The notes under the pieces: generated by a model | Told to the model about the DNA's origin: nothing | What the model saw: only the letters and a program-made list of their open reading frames with translations | Databases searched by the model: none | Part shown: positions 14,489 through 29,485 of the stretch, piece after piece | Numbering within the stretch: the first letter of the stretch is position 1 | Layout of the letters: the number at the start of each line of letters is the position of its first letter | Position numbers and translations under genes: made by a program | Source: the human T2T-CHM13v2.0 reference genome, Homo sapiens | Reading direction: 5' to 3' (one strand) | Assembly: GCF_009914755.1 (NCBI RefSeq) | Contig: NC_060930.1 | DNA length: 64,000 bases

Positions 14489-15287
14489 GTATGTGGTGGC
14501 CGATGCGCACTGTGGCTCTACCGCTGCCTCATTCCCCTTTGAAGAAGGGATGAAGCCGAGGTTACGTAGGCATCCCTTCCCTGGCTGGAGGGGAGGGAGG
14601 GAGCGGCGTACTGAGCTGAGGCGTCCTTGCTCCAGATCAGTTGAGGCCAACTTTGCTTGGGGAGCGAGGACGCGGATCTGCCTTGTGGTATGGCTAGGAG
14701 GATTTTTAAGTACTGGTTGGTGGAGGTCGGATGTCCTGATGATGTGGCCCAGTCTCTCATTTTTCCATCTCACAAATACTGTGCGCCAAGCACTCCGTTA
14801 GGTACCAAGATGCAGTGGTAAACAAAACAGATTCAGTTTCTGCAGTCAAGAAAGTCGGTAAACATAGATAAACTGACGATCACAAATTTTAAGTGTTAGC
14901 AAGGAAAAGAGTTCTAGGCAGACAACAGAAGAGTGGGAAGAACCTAATATAGGTTGTCGGGGGTTAGCGGAGGCTTTTTGGAGAAAGTGACCCTTTCGCT
15001 GAGACCTGAAAAATGAGTAGAAGTTAGGTTAAGGATTAGGGCGAGGAGGGCAGAGAGAACAGCATGTTTCTTCGGCCCAGAAGATAGAAATAAAATGGCA
15101 TATTAGAGGAATTTAAAAATCATAATCAGAAAGTAGACAAAGAGTGGGAGCGTCATGAAAAATGAGAATGAAAAAGTAATGTGGATGCGGGTGTGTGTGG
15201 TGGGATATCTTATAGACCTCCTCATGTTGGCTACCTAGATGGCAAGAAATTGCAAGACATAGTGTAGTTGGTAAGAAGATAAGCCCT

Positions 15288-15503
15288 AGAGCTGTATTGT
15301 CCAATGTGTTAGTCACTCACCACATGTGGCTATTTAAATTTGAGTTAAAATAAAGTAAGATTAAATAAAAATTCAGTTTCTCCGTTGCACTAACCACATT
15401 TCAAGTGCTCAATCATCACATGTGGCTGCAGCTACCATTTTAGATAGTGCAGATATAGGACATTTCTATCATTACAGAAAGTTCTGTTGGACAGCGCTGT
15501 TCT
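15288..15503. mobile_element. MER3/MER33-like hAT MITE
   Basis: gctgtattgtccaat...ttggacagcgctg termini; internal cacatgtggct repeats. Confidence 0.7.
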
Positions 15504-15998
15504 GGACCACAAAAAGTAAGACCTTGAGTTCTATTGTAAGTGCAGCGGGAAGCCCCTGAAGTTAAGCTGTCTGAGAAAGCTGAAAAATGCACATGAAGAA
15601 GCTACATTCTCCCTATGTTAAAACAATGGATTGATGAAGAAGGCTATGTCATGGATCTGATTTTTTATTTTGATTAAAACGGTTTATGAGAAGCAGTGCT
15701 TTTAAAGACTACATCTCAAGGAAAAAGGACAAGCCCTGGGGTTTGAGGTTATGCTAGTAGAGATTCAAAGGTAGTATTTTTATTAGAAATGGTACTGGTT
15801 TTATTTTGTCCTGGTTATAATGTTCTGTAGGTTTTGAATGGTCTATCCCTTAATCCTGTTGATTGCATAAGCACCTCTTATTTTTATGTATCTTGCAGAA
15901 AGTAAGATTTTTCAGGAAAGCATTTTTGGTATTATAACAAATGTCTGTATTGGGATGAGACCTTACATGAATAAGAAGCTTTAAGAACTATTTCATGA

Positions 15999-16411
<413 letters not shown>

Positions 16412-16616
16412 TGACCAGCAGTTCCAAATGGTTAACCATGTTACTACCACTGCCCTATATTAAGATCCTTTCTGATCACTCCTCATGTCTTGCTCCTTTG
16501 AAGCTCCTTTTTCCTTTACTGAATTGCAGGTGGATTTGGAAAGGAGGTAATGACAGGTTTGTCATGGTATCACATGATTTTTCTAAATATGTATGTGATT
16601 TCGCACACTTCTGCTA

Positions 16617-16959
<343 letters not shown>

Positions 16960-17107
16960 TTAAATGGGAACATGTAATCCAAATGGCTACTTTATAGTTG
17001 CACAGCGGTCTTTAACACTATCCTGAGACAACTTTTCCTAGGTATCGTTCTTTCATTCTGTCTTTTATTTTCCATAGAAATCGAAATATTTAAGAAGTTA
17101 TCCATCA

Positions 17108-17424
<317 letters not shown>

Positions 17425-17988
17425 CTATCCATCATGTATGACTTTAGAATTGGTAGAATAGACTAGGACCACTAACTTGGGGGTGATCTACCACTGGTCA
17501 AACAATAATATGAAACTAAACATAGCTGGGAAATTACCAGGACAGTTATTTGGCAAGCATTTATTCATTCCATATTCTGATTGCCTAATATGTATGTTAG
17601 CACTATTCCAAACATTGGAGAAACAATTATAAATAAAATACAGTTTGTGCTTGAAGGCACTCACAGTCTACTCAGGGAGACACACCCATAAACAACTACG
17701 ATATACAATTAAAGTGACTTAAAACAATGCAAAATAAAGATGTTCAAGTACTGAGAGATCTCGAGGAAAGGAGAATTTCTGGCTAGAGAATTGTGAAAGG
17801 TTTCCTGAAGGAGATGAGTGTTGAGTCAAACTTTAATGGATAAATGAGTAGGCATTTATCAGATGAAGAGAAGTATGTAGAGTGAAACAGCTGCAATTAT
17901 CTATTTACTACTAAGGTTATAGATACTTCGAGTTTAAATAAGTTTCGGGTTGGGAGAACATCACTATTTTCAACCTTTTTAATCTTCA

Positions 17989-18290
17989 TTTTTATTTATT
18001 TATTTTTTGAGACAGAGCTTCGCTCTTTGTTGCCCAGGCTGGAGTGCAATGGCACGATCTCAGCCCACTGCAGCCTCCATCTCCAGGGTTCAAGTGATTC
18101 TTCTGTCTGAGCCTCCCGAGTAGCTGGGATTACAGGCTCACACCAACACGCCTGGCTAATTTTTGCATTTTTAGTAGAGACAGGATTTCACCATGTTGGC
18201 CAGGCTGGTCTCAAACTCCTGACCTTGTGATCCACCCGCCTTGGCCTCCCAGAGTGCTGGGATTACAGGCATGAGCCACCGTGCCCAGCC
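17989..18290 (-). mobile_element. AluS
   Basis: Full dimer. Confidence 0.9.
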
Positions 18291-18648
18291 CATTTTAATG
18301 TGTAGTATTAATTCCTTTAAGTTTATGAAAATGGAACCTTTCTGGGCTTAAATTTAATCAGCTTTTATTTTCTTTGTCTACCTCTTAGATCAGGTGTCAA
18401 AGAGCAAAATCAAAAATGGGCATCTCATGGGAGGGAGGGGAGAGAGTAGATAGTCCCCCTTGTTGTTTTAGAATTTTCCTTCTATAGGTCAGAGAGAAGT
18501 GATGTGATTTCTTAGAACCTGAAAGAAATGTGTTCTCTCCCCTACCATCTTTTTTTAAAAAAGTGCTTACCCATAAAATATTTGGTTAATCAGATTTCTC
18601 TGCTCCTTGGCTACTTTGACTTTATGCTTTTCGTCTTTCTTTTTATAG

Positions 18649-18703
18649 GGTTGCTTTGTTTTTAAGCCAAACTCCAAAAAGAGAAAGATCTCTCTGCCAA
18701 TAG
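18649..18703 (+). CDS. ORC3: ORC3 exon 2 (GCFVFKPNSKKRKISLPI)
   Basis: ttttatag| acceptor, G|gtaagg donor, 55 nt; contains basic NLS-like KKRK. Confidence 0.96.
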
Positions 18704-20118
18704 GTAAGGTGTCTGAATATTAAATTTTTTATTCCCTACCTTCTTAAACTATTAGGAACTAACCCTAATTGAATTTAGTAATTCTCTTGTCTAACCTTGG
18801 CTTACTTGCCATGTTGATGTAGCATTTATGTTCCAAGGCATTGGTCAAAGAGATAAGAGGACACCCCAGGGCTCTAATTGAAAAGAGAATCCAATTACAC
18901 CTTCCAAAGGTAAGTTGGAAGCAAATTTCCTTCAAAGGATATGCTGCTATTCTTTAAAAGAGATTGTCTTTTTGATTACTTCTCTGCCATTGTTTTTTTA
19001 TCTACAACTTTAGAAATGAAAGTGAGTTTCTGCTAGAGAAACATTTTGATCCTTGATGAAGTAATCAAAACAATAAAGGCTGACTGGCAACCCAGATTTC
19101 TAATGATGGGGGAAATGTTATTTAGAAAATAAAATGATAATTGGTAACATAAGGAAAACCTAAGAAAGAATGATTATAAATTTGTATATATTTTCTAATG
19201 AAAATTGTATAAAAATTATTTTTGAGTTAAAATACAATATTCATGGGGAGACTTAAATATGCTTAAAAATTTTGATGTGATATTCCATTTTATGAATAAA
19301 CTTGGCAAAATAAATTAAAGCAATCATCTATCTGTATGGAGCATTTTAGAACTTAGGGCTTAGTAACTACATGTGTGTTAGAATACTGCATGTTCTAACT
19401 TAGGGATAAATGCTGTGCACATCAATACATGCTGAGAAAAAAGCCCAAGGTCTTGGATCTCTTACAGTAATTCTACCTGCTAGAGCACAAAGTTATGGAA
19501 TCACCTGGACTATAAGTAAAGGAATTGGAGTGTGATCCTGAGCCTGACCAGCTCTATGGCTTTGGCCCTGCTGTTTAACCTTTCCCTAAGTCTCTTCATC
19601 TGTAAAATGAGCAACTATACTCACTTATCACTAAGATTTCTCCCTATTCTCATTCTATCTCTCTAAGAGCTAACATGTAGTGCTTTGTAAGACTATCATA
19701 AACACCATGTGAATAAATTTGTGTTATTATGGATTGTTACCACCTTGGCCTTATAGTTTGTGTTCCAAGACTCCTATCTCTCACTAGCCTGAGGGAAGGG
19801 AAAAAGCTGAGAATGAGTAGCAGAAGACTTTCTACTCTCACAATGGCTACATATTTCCAAGTGGCCCAGATTTCCTCTCTTAGTCTTCACATCCTTTCTA
19901 CCAGTTTGCACCCTCCATCATCTCTCGGAAGCACCAGGGTCCCACACAGTTCTCAATCACTCTTCATTTCATAAAACAAATTTGTTAAATTATTGAGTTT
20001 TAATCACTCATAGACACACATACTCATGATATTAAGGGAGTGGATTTTTATCACTCACTCAGACATACGCATACTCACACACTCATATACCCATGTGTGT
20101 AAGAGAGGAAAGACATTT

Positions 20119-20435
20119 CTTTTGGTTTTGTTTGTTGATTTATTTTAGAGACAGGGTCTCAGTCTGTCACCCAGGCTTCAGTTCGGCGGCCTGATCATAG
20201 CTCACTTCAGCCTTGAAAACTCCTGGGCTTAAATGATCCTCCCACCTCAGCCTCCCAAGTACCTGGGACTACAGGCATGCGCTACGACGCCTGGCTAATT
20301 ATTTTTTAAAATTTTTTGTAGAGACAGGGTCTCACTTTGTTGCCCAGGTTGGTCCTGAATTCCAGGGCTCAAGTGATCCTCCCACCTCAGACCTCAAAGT
20401 GCTGGGATTACAGGTGTGAGCCACTGTGCCCAGCC
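20119..20435 (-). mobile_element. AluJ
   Basis: Diverged dimer. Confidence 0.87.
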
Positions 20436-20728
20436 TAATTTGTTTGTTTGTTTTTGTTTTTTTTTTTTGAGACGGAGTCTAGCTCTCAGCATGATCTCAG
20501 CTCACTGCAACCTCCGCCTCCCAGGTTCAAGCGATTCTCCTGCCTCAGTCTCCCGAGTAGCTGGGACTACAGGCATGCGCCACAATGCCTGGCTAATTTT
20601 TGTATTTTTTAGTAGAGATCGGGTTTCACTATGTTGGCCAGGCTGATCTCGAACTCCCGGCCTTGTGATCTGCCCACCTCAGCCTTCCAAAGTGCTAGGA
20701 TTACAGGTGTGAGTCACTGTGCTCGGCT
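20436..20728 (-). mobile_element. AluS
   Basis: Tandem with the previous Alu. Confidence 0.87.
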
Positions 20729-21335
20729 GTTTGTTTTTTTGTTGTTTTTTTTTTTTTTAAGGCAAAAACAACACAGGTTGTGTTAAAGTCCCAGTGGTTT
20801 CCTGGGATGAAGTAGGGGGAATTAACTGCAAAAAGGCAAGAGGGAACTTTCTGGAGTGATGGAAATGTTCTCTGTTGACAGAGTGGTTATGTAAGTATAT
20901 ACCTGGGTCAAACTGTTAAAATGGTTGTGTTTAATTATTTGTAAATTATACCTCAATAAAATTCAATTAATAAAAAAAGATACTGTCTTCACTTTTTTCA
21001 TTTATATCCTGATACCTGTTTAGTGATCAAATTAAGAAGACTTGACTTCTTCAATCAAATCCAGTATTACTATCAGAATGTATTTATTGCACCGGTTCTC
21101 AATCATAGCTTCACATTAGAATCATTTGGGGAACTTTGAAAAGTCTTATTTTAATATAATTGTAGATGCACATATAATTACAGGTAATACTCTTCCACCA
21201 GTAAGTACCCTACGACCAGTTATCCCCAGTGGCAGTATCTTACATAACTATAGTACAGTGTCACAATTAAGAAACTGATATTAATACAATCTAGTGACCT
21301 TATTCAATTCCAACTTGTGGGACTTTGAAAAAATG

Positions 21336-21690
21336 CAGGGTGAGAGTTCCTTATCCCAAATCTTGGGACCAGAAGTGTTTTGGTTATTGGAATTTTTTCA
21401 GATTTTGAAATATATACCTGTATATAATGAGATAATCTTGGGAATGAGACCCAAGTCTAAAAATAAAATTCATTCATGTTTCATATACACCTTAACCACA
21501 TAGCCTGAAACGAATTTTACATAATATTTTAAATAATATTGTGCATGAAACAAAGTTTTGGCTGTGTTTTGACTGCGACCTGTCACTTGAGGTGAGATAT
21601 GGAATTTTCCACTTGTGGCATCATGTTGGTACTCAAAAAGTTTCAGATTCTGGAGGATTTCAGATTTTTGGATTAGAGATGCTCAACCTG
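21336..21690. mobile_element. Tigger4/MER46-type element nested in a MER5-like element
   Basis: CAGGGTGAG...cttgggaccagaagtg...GATGCTCAACCTG termini. Confidence 0.8.
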
Positions 21691-21965
21691 TGCCAATGCT
21701 AAGACCCTAACCCGGATCAATTGAATTAGAATCTCAAGAGTGGGGCCTAAGTGTTAGAATTTTTCAAAAGCTCCCCACAGGGTTATTGAGTATATACATT
21801 CCATATTCAGCACTGTGAAAATTAATTCCAGTGGAAAAATTATGATATGGAATTAAGCATACCCATGTACTAGTTTTGAATTGAAAAAATGAACTATGCC
21901 ACTGTTTGACTAAGGAAATAAATGGATAACTTGAATATATAGAATAGGATTTTTTTTAAGTAATG

Positions 21966-22013
<48 letters not shown>
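21966..22013 (+). repeat. Compound (TA)n(CA)n(TA)n microsatellite
   Basis: Seen directly. Confidence 0.93.
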
Positions 22014-22228
<215 letters not shown>

Positions 22229-22327
22229 TAGGGACACATAGCATGCAGTGACATCTAATATCATCACCAATGTAATTATAACTAATACAGTTGTTAATAT
22301 TTCTTGGATGTTTACAGTGTGCCAGAC

Positions 22328-22597
22328 TGTTTTGTTTTTCAAGACAAGATCTCACTCTGTCACCCAGGCTGGAGTGCAGTGGCACAATCATAGTCCACTG
22401 CAAACTTGAGCTCCTGGGCTCCGGGAATCCTCCTGCCTTAGCCTCAGCTAGGACTACAGGCTCATGTCACCTTGCTTGCTAATTTATTTATTTTTTTTTT
22501 AAGGTGAGATCTCACTTTGTTGTCCAGGCTGGTCTCAAATCCTGAGCTCAAGCAGTCCACCTGCCTTGGCCTCCCAAAGCGCTGGGATTATAGACCC
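22328..22597 (-). mobile_element. AluJ within MIR
   Basis: Dimer; TSD ccagactgttt. Confidence 0.85.
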
Positions 22598-23582
22598 AGA
22601 CTGTTTCAATCATTTTATATGTGTTAATTTGATTAATCCCCTCAGCAAACTACAAGGAATGTATTATCGCCATTGAAATATATAAGGATACTTAGACATA
22701 TAACTTTCTCAATGTTATAATGTTAGTAAATGATAGAGCTAGGATTTGAACCCAACCTGTCTGATTCCAGAGCTCATGATTTAACCATAGCTTAATACTG
22801 CCTCTCATTATATAAGGCCAAGTTTCTATTTAGAACTTTTTGTATTGAATTTAAGCTACAACTTATTAGGATTGGTTTATAGTTTTTAGTACTAGTAAAC
22901 CTGATGTGTATAATTGTATGATTTGAATTTTGCTTTAGAAGTTTGCTAGGCTTTTTTTTTTTTTTCATTATGTGGCTCTAAGACCAACGGGTAGTGTTAT
23001 AATACGAAAATCTTTGAGGAATTGACCCTGATTATAAGGCAGATGGAGCAGGAATGAGGGAAACATACCCAGACTTTAACATTTGCCTTCACTGGCTTCA
23101 GTTGTTGAAACAGATTGACTGAAGAAGTAGGAAGATGCTCTGCATTTTGCCCACCATCTGTCCCCTGACTGAAGACACTTGGGCATGTAATTAAGACTGG
23201 TAACTCTCCCTCTCCTCAGTATTCTGTGGATGACTGCATATCCAGCAAAACAACTGGATAGGAACTGGAGAGAGAGAGACTGGCAGCAGCACTGGCACTG
23301 TAGGAGATACCCACACTGAAGTATAGCACTGTGAATAGGAGCCGAGGCAGGTAGAAACCTGGCAACAGTGAGAGCTTATATTCTTCAGTGTAGTTTTTAA
23401 ATTTACCTACCTGATCTGTAACAGACTGAGAGAAGTCATGGTAACAGTTTAAAGTATCCTACTGCTGTGTTTCCCAGTTTCTAAGAGGTTTTTCATGTGT
23501 ATTTTGATGCGGCATTATTCTGCACATAAAAATTGTGTCTTGATTTGCCACTTTCATGTTATGCTATGATTTTACCTATTAA

Positions 23583-23962
<380 letters not shown>

Positions 23963-23991
23963 TGCTTTGTCTCTTAATAATAGTGTCCTCT

Positions 23992-24290
<299 letters not shown>

Positions 24291-25690
24291 ATAGTGTCTC
24301 CTTGCTTTCTTTTTTTGTTGGCATTTTAATTCTATAACCTTGTCTGCCACTTTACCGTACGATGACTTCAATGTATTCCAAGGCTTTTGATAAAATTAAA
24401 AATCAATAGTTGCTAAAAACTCTGAGTTAACTATGATTAGGAGAGAAGTTCCTTAACATGAAGTGAATTTATATTCCAAACTATCAGTTAACATTAAAAC
24501 TTGGTGGTAGATTATTAGCAGCAGAAATTTAACGTGAACACTCCAGTTGTTACAATAAAATACGTAGCAGTAAACAACAAGAAATATGAGGGAAAGTAGA
24601 AAACTATAAGGAATCTAAAATATTTGATTAAAAAAAGAGACCTGTGATATTGGGGTTGGGGATTTTTTAACATATTAAAGATGGGATTTTTCCCCAAATC
24701 AGTCTATGGATTTGATTTTATCTAGTCAAATACCAGTACAACTAGTTTTGAGAAGTGACAGGATTACTGTAAAATTAATTTGAAGAAGTGGCTTAAATTT
24801 TTTTGAAAGAGAATAACAATGTTTGGGGGCAGTGGGAGGAAGACCTAAATGTATTTGATAAAATGTACAACATACAAAGCCATAATAATTAAAACAGTTC
24901 AAGACTGGTAGGAGAATAGGGTTGGATTCAGTAGAACAAAATAAAAAGTTCAAACATAGTTCAAAGTATATATAAGTATTTAGACTATAAGGGCATGTCA
25001 AATCAGCGGGAGAAGGATGGATTGTACAATAAAGGAGGGTTTTTCAAACCAAATGTCATAATTTATGTGTGAGTTATGAAATCAATTTAGTGGACTATGA
25101 GTATTTATAAAACAGGAAAGAAAACATTTGCTATTACATAATAAGGGTGAGTGTTGTTTTTTGTGACTTTAGTTTTTGTTCATGTGTATATGTGTTAGGT
25201 TATGATGTAAAGTGTATTCCTTAATGTGGATTATAGTTTGAAAAGTTTGAAAGCCAGTGCAATAAATGGTATTTTCACAAATAGCTAACCATTTGGAGAA
25301 AGCATTCAAAAAGGATACAAAAATATACAGACAGAATAAATGAAAGACTGGACTAAACTATGTCAGTGGAAAAATGTAAGAATAGTAGTAGTAAGTCATT
25401 CAATAGAGGAGAGTTCAAAGCAAATGTATGAAACAAAGTATACAAGGTTGTAGAATAACAGCAAATAATGAAAACATTATTAAATGTATATAACTCAAAA
25501 AAGCCACTTAATAAAAACTGTTAGAAATTAAAAAGCAAATGATAGAAATACAGTAGAAAGATTGACATTTTTAATCTTAAATATGCCATAAATATGGTAA
25601 AAATAAAAGATTATAAAAAATGAAATACAGAGGATATTGAATGTTACCTGTCCCCAAATATATGTTTTTGATGAATGTAAAAAAAATTAA

Positions 25691-25987
25691 GGCCAGGCAA
25701 GGTGGCTCACACTTGTAATCCCAGTACTTTGGGAGGCCAAGGTGGGCAGATCACTTGAGGTCAGGAGTTTGAGACCAGCCTGGCCAACATGGTGAAACCC
25801 CATCTCTACTAAAAATACAAAATTGAGCGGGCGTGGTGGCACGCACCTGTAGTCACAGCCACTCGGGAGGCTGAGGCAGGAGAGAATCACTTGAACCTGG
25901 GAGGCGGAGATCGCACTGAGCCAACATCATGCCACTGCACTCCAGCCTGGGTGACAGAGTGAGACTCCATATCAAAAAAAAAAAAAA
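25691..25987 (+). mobile_element. AluS
   Basis: Full dimer ~100 bp upstream of exon 3. Confidence 0.9.
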
Positions 25988-26085
25988 TTTCACTTCTGTC
26001 ACTTACTGTGTAACTTTGCACGTAAGATCTATAACTTATACTATTATATGAAAAAAGAAACTGACTTATTTCTTTCTGTTTTTAG

Positions 26086-26183
26086 AGGACTATTTTAACA
26101 AAGGGAAAAATGAGCCTGAGGACAGTAAGCTTCGATTCGAAACTTATCAGTTGATATGGCAGCAGATGAAATCTGAAAATGAG
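26086..26183 (+). CDS. ORC3: ORC3 exon 3 (EDYFNKGK...MKSENE)
   Basis: tttttag| acceptor, GAG|gtgaat donor, 98 nt, phase 1 to 0. Confidence 0.96.
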
Positions 26184-26334
26184 GTGAATACTTTTTTTAA
26201 TAATTTTCTGTAACACCCTAAGTCTCATTTTTGTTGCATCTCATCTTCCTTTCCACCAGTTTACAAGAGTATTGATGAAATATAGGAAGTATTGGTCAAG
26301 CATAGCCTGTATATCCTTAAAAAAACAACCATAA

Positions 26335-26553
26335 TCCAGCCTGGGCAACTTGGTGAAACCCTGTCTCTACAAAAGCTACAAAAACTAGCTGGGCATGGTG
26401 GTGTGCACTTGTAATTCCAGCTACTCAGGAGGCTAAGTTGGGAGGATAACTTGAGCCTGGGAGGTGGAGGTTGCAGTGAGCCGAGATAGTACCACGGCAC
26501 TCCAGCCTGGGCAGCAGAGAGAGATCTTGTCTCAAAAACAAAAACAAAAAAAA
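26335..26553 (+). mobile_element. 5'-truncated AluJ
   Basis: Partial left arm, right arm and tail. Confidence 0.85.
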
Positions 26554-27189
26554 CTCATGTTTCTTGTGAGTGGAACAGATGTTTATGATAGCTGTTAAGG
26601 CAAGGAGCTTTCAAATGGTGACGCTCTTAAATTATCCTTTCAGGTATACAACTGTGAAATCAAGCTGTTTCTAAACTCCTTCACTTTCTCATCTTTATAT
26701 TCCAGCTCTGAAACATTTCTTCACTATAGCAAATTGGTAGCTCTAGGGCCAGCATTTTAGGCTGCAACTTTTTTTTTTTTTTTGGCCAACACAGTGTTGT
26801 AGTTTTTGGTTTAATTGCCTTTCGGAAGGTTATATACTTTCCAGTTTATTACTGCCGCCTACCAGTCCTTACTGATTTACACCTAGTGGTAATGAGCAAA
26901 GGCTCATTCACGTATTCCATGTGATCCTTCAAGGTATTTGAATTTGTGGTTTCCAGTTTAGGCCGTCTTCATTTCTGAATCTGGATTGTTATATCCTCCT
27001 GACTGGCATCCCTGACACCATTGGCCAAATTAGAAAAGACCCTTTTCAAGGCAAATGCAGCCCAATTCCAGGCAACCCCTCCAGCCCTGTTGCCAGATTA
27101 ACCCTTCTTAACCCTGATCCAATTATGTCTTTACTTCACATCCCTTCAGTGGTGCTCCCCATAGGACAAAATCCAAACCCTTTAATGTC

Positions 27190-27248
27190 ATATATCATAT
27201 ATATATTATATATATTATATATATATACACGTTTATATATATATACAC

Positions 27249-27300
<52 letters not shown>
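27190..27300 (+). repeat. TA-rich tract ending in pure (TA)22 (27257-27300)
   Basis: Seen directly. Confidence 0.95.
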
Positions 27301-27303
<3 letters not shown>

Positions 27304-27304
<1 letters not shown>

Positions 27305-27512
27305 TTTTTTTTTTGAGACAAGGTCTTGCTCTGTCACCCAGGCTGGCGTGTAGTGGCATGATCATAGCTTACTGCAGCCTTGACCTCCCAGACTCAAGTG
27401 ACCCTCTCACCTCAGCTTCCCTAGAAGCTGGGACCACAGATGTGCACCACTACACCCAGCTAATTTGTCTTTTATCTAAAAAGATGAGGTCTCACTATGC
27501 CGACCAGGCTTG
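27304..27512 (-). mobile_element. Truncated AluJ
   Basis: Antisense right arm plus part of the left arm. Confidence 0.85.
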
Positions 27513-27700
27513 AGAGGGAATTTTTAATGGGGGAACCCAGAGCACTAATTACTAGAGATTTAAGGAAAAAACATTTTTTAATTAGGTTCATCTTTTGATC
27601 ATTTTACATCATTGAATCCATGACAATTTTCTTTCCACAACCAGGAAAGACATCAGATTATTATTTCTAATAATAATAAGTTTTTGTGTGTTCTTTGTAG

Positions 27701-27845
27701 CGACTACAAGAGGAATTAAATAAAAACTTGTTTGACAATCTGATTGAATTTCTGCAAAAATCACATTCTGGATTCCAGAAGAATTCAAGAGACTTGGGCG
27801 GTCAAATAAAACTCAGAGAAATTCCAACTGCTGCTCTTGTTCTTG
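27701..27845 (+). CDS. ORC3: ORC3 exon 4 (RLQEELNK...IPTAALVL)
   Basis: ctttgtag| acceptor, G|gtatat donor, 145 nt; leads into the degenerate Walker-A region [11 protein letters not shown]. Confidence 0.96.
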
Positions 27846-29485
27846 GTATATATGCGTATGTTTGTTCATGCATGCATCTCTGTGTATTTCGTTTTTAAAT
27901 TTTTTTTTATTGTTGAGAATAGTGGAAGGACCTGTTTTGATGAGCCTATTTTGTCTCTCTTATTTGTACAACTAAACCAACTATAGTTTATATTACATAT
28001 TTTCAAAAACCAATAAAAATTCCTTATCTTTACAGACGATCATATGTTTGTAAATTAAAAGGAATTTATCTAGCTAATGTTCTCCCCAACTTTTGGTCGG
28101 AAGGGAAAATATATTTGTTTTACTCTTTCTTTGTAGATACATTACAAGAGTATATGAGATTTGGTAATAAAGAAACTACCAGTGTTAGTAGATTTGGTTT
28201 TCATACTTTTTTTAGTCGTATCTTCAATGGAATTACTCTATGACCTTAATTTTATTTTCCTGTGCATAGTTTTTCCATCTTAGATTGTTTCATTATATTC
28301 ATATTAATTACCTACAAGGAGGTGTTTGGATGAATTGCACATAAATTGCTTTCAAATTGCAGGTTGTAAATTTCTTAAGTACTTAAACATCCATCATTAA
28401 TATCTCATCTTTACCAAACATTTGGATTCCAGCACAATGGAAAAAATTTCTTTGGAATATTAGCAAATTTTCTTCATTCCCTTTGAAAACAAAGTTGAAT
28501 TTATTTGGGTTCCAAACATGCTCTTAATTTCTCTTTCAATTTATTCAAGATTTGTTATGCTAGTTAGCTCTGAGATAAGGAATTAATTCTCAACCTCAAT
28601 GCACCCACAGATAACCTCCAGGGATCGTATTAAAATGTAGATTTTGGTTAATGGGTCTAGGGTGGGGCCTGAAATTTTACATTTCTAACAGGGTACCAGC
28701 TGATGCCCATAGTCCCAGGACCACACTAGTAAGACTCAAGGGAATGATTTTTATTATGCTGTGGACCAGCTTTACAATGCAACATCTAAAAATTCTCCCA
28801 TTTGAGGAAAAACTGAGGCCCAGTGATGGCCCACTTGTACCAAGCTAATGGAAAGAATGTTTTAAAATCATGGTCTGAGGAGAACATTTTTCTAGTTAAA
28901 CACATTGTTGATTATCTTGTTTGTGATAGACAAGTTCATTGTTTTATAATACAAATATAACGAATATAATGTTATTAATAAATAGCTTATAGCCAGTCAG
29001 TGAAAGCCAAGATAACCCAGTGTTTTACTGAACTTCTAAATTTGTTCAGGGATGTGTTATTATAATCATAGACCATAATGCATGCTAGGAATCATTTTGA
29101 TATTTTCTATTTTCAATATCCATTTAAAAAATAGTCTGCTAATATTTTTATTCTTTGGCTCTCCTAGAAAAAAAAAATGGTTTATTATTGCTGGCATGGA
29201 TGATTCTGAAATTTTTCTTTTTCTTCCAAGCAATGAAAGTTTTGCAGCTGTAACTCTTAAGCAGTTTGAAAGTGGCTGCTGCTGTTATCTGCCTAAGCAC
29301 CAAATGACTTTCTAGAAATCACAGATGGTTATGTTAGGGAAGATACCAGTTAACAGAATTTTTTTCCAAAGTAGTGGGAAATTTTTCACTCAAAAATTTG
29401 ATAACTGTATGCGGTGCCCTGAAACTCTGATTTGCAGAAATGAAAACCAGGGATTCCGTAAATACCAAAAGAACCCATAGTTTTA

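Larger units (their letters stand above)
14030..14730. promoter_or_regulatory. CpG island / bidirectional RARS2-ORC3 promoter
   Basis: Only CpG-dense non-Alu stretch, with divergent ATGs at 14253(-) and 14465(+). Motifs: ETS-type CGGAAGTG 14265-14272 and CCGGAACT(-) 14287-14294, GC box CCCGCCCC 14339-14346, CCAAT 14362-14366, E2F GCGGGAAA 14419-14426. Confidence 0.9.

Noticed and set aside
14000-14801. 100-150 aa ORFs on both strands over the promoter (14000..14365, 14352..14801, 14366..14773)
   Set aside because: Expected in a GC-rich, stop-poor CpG island; they cross the real exon-1 donors and resemble no known protein.
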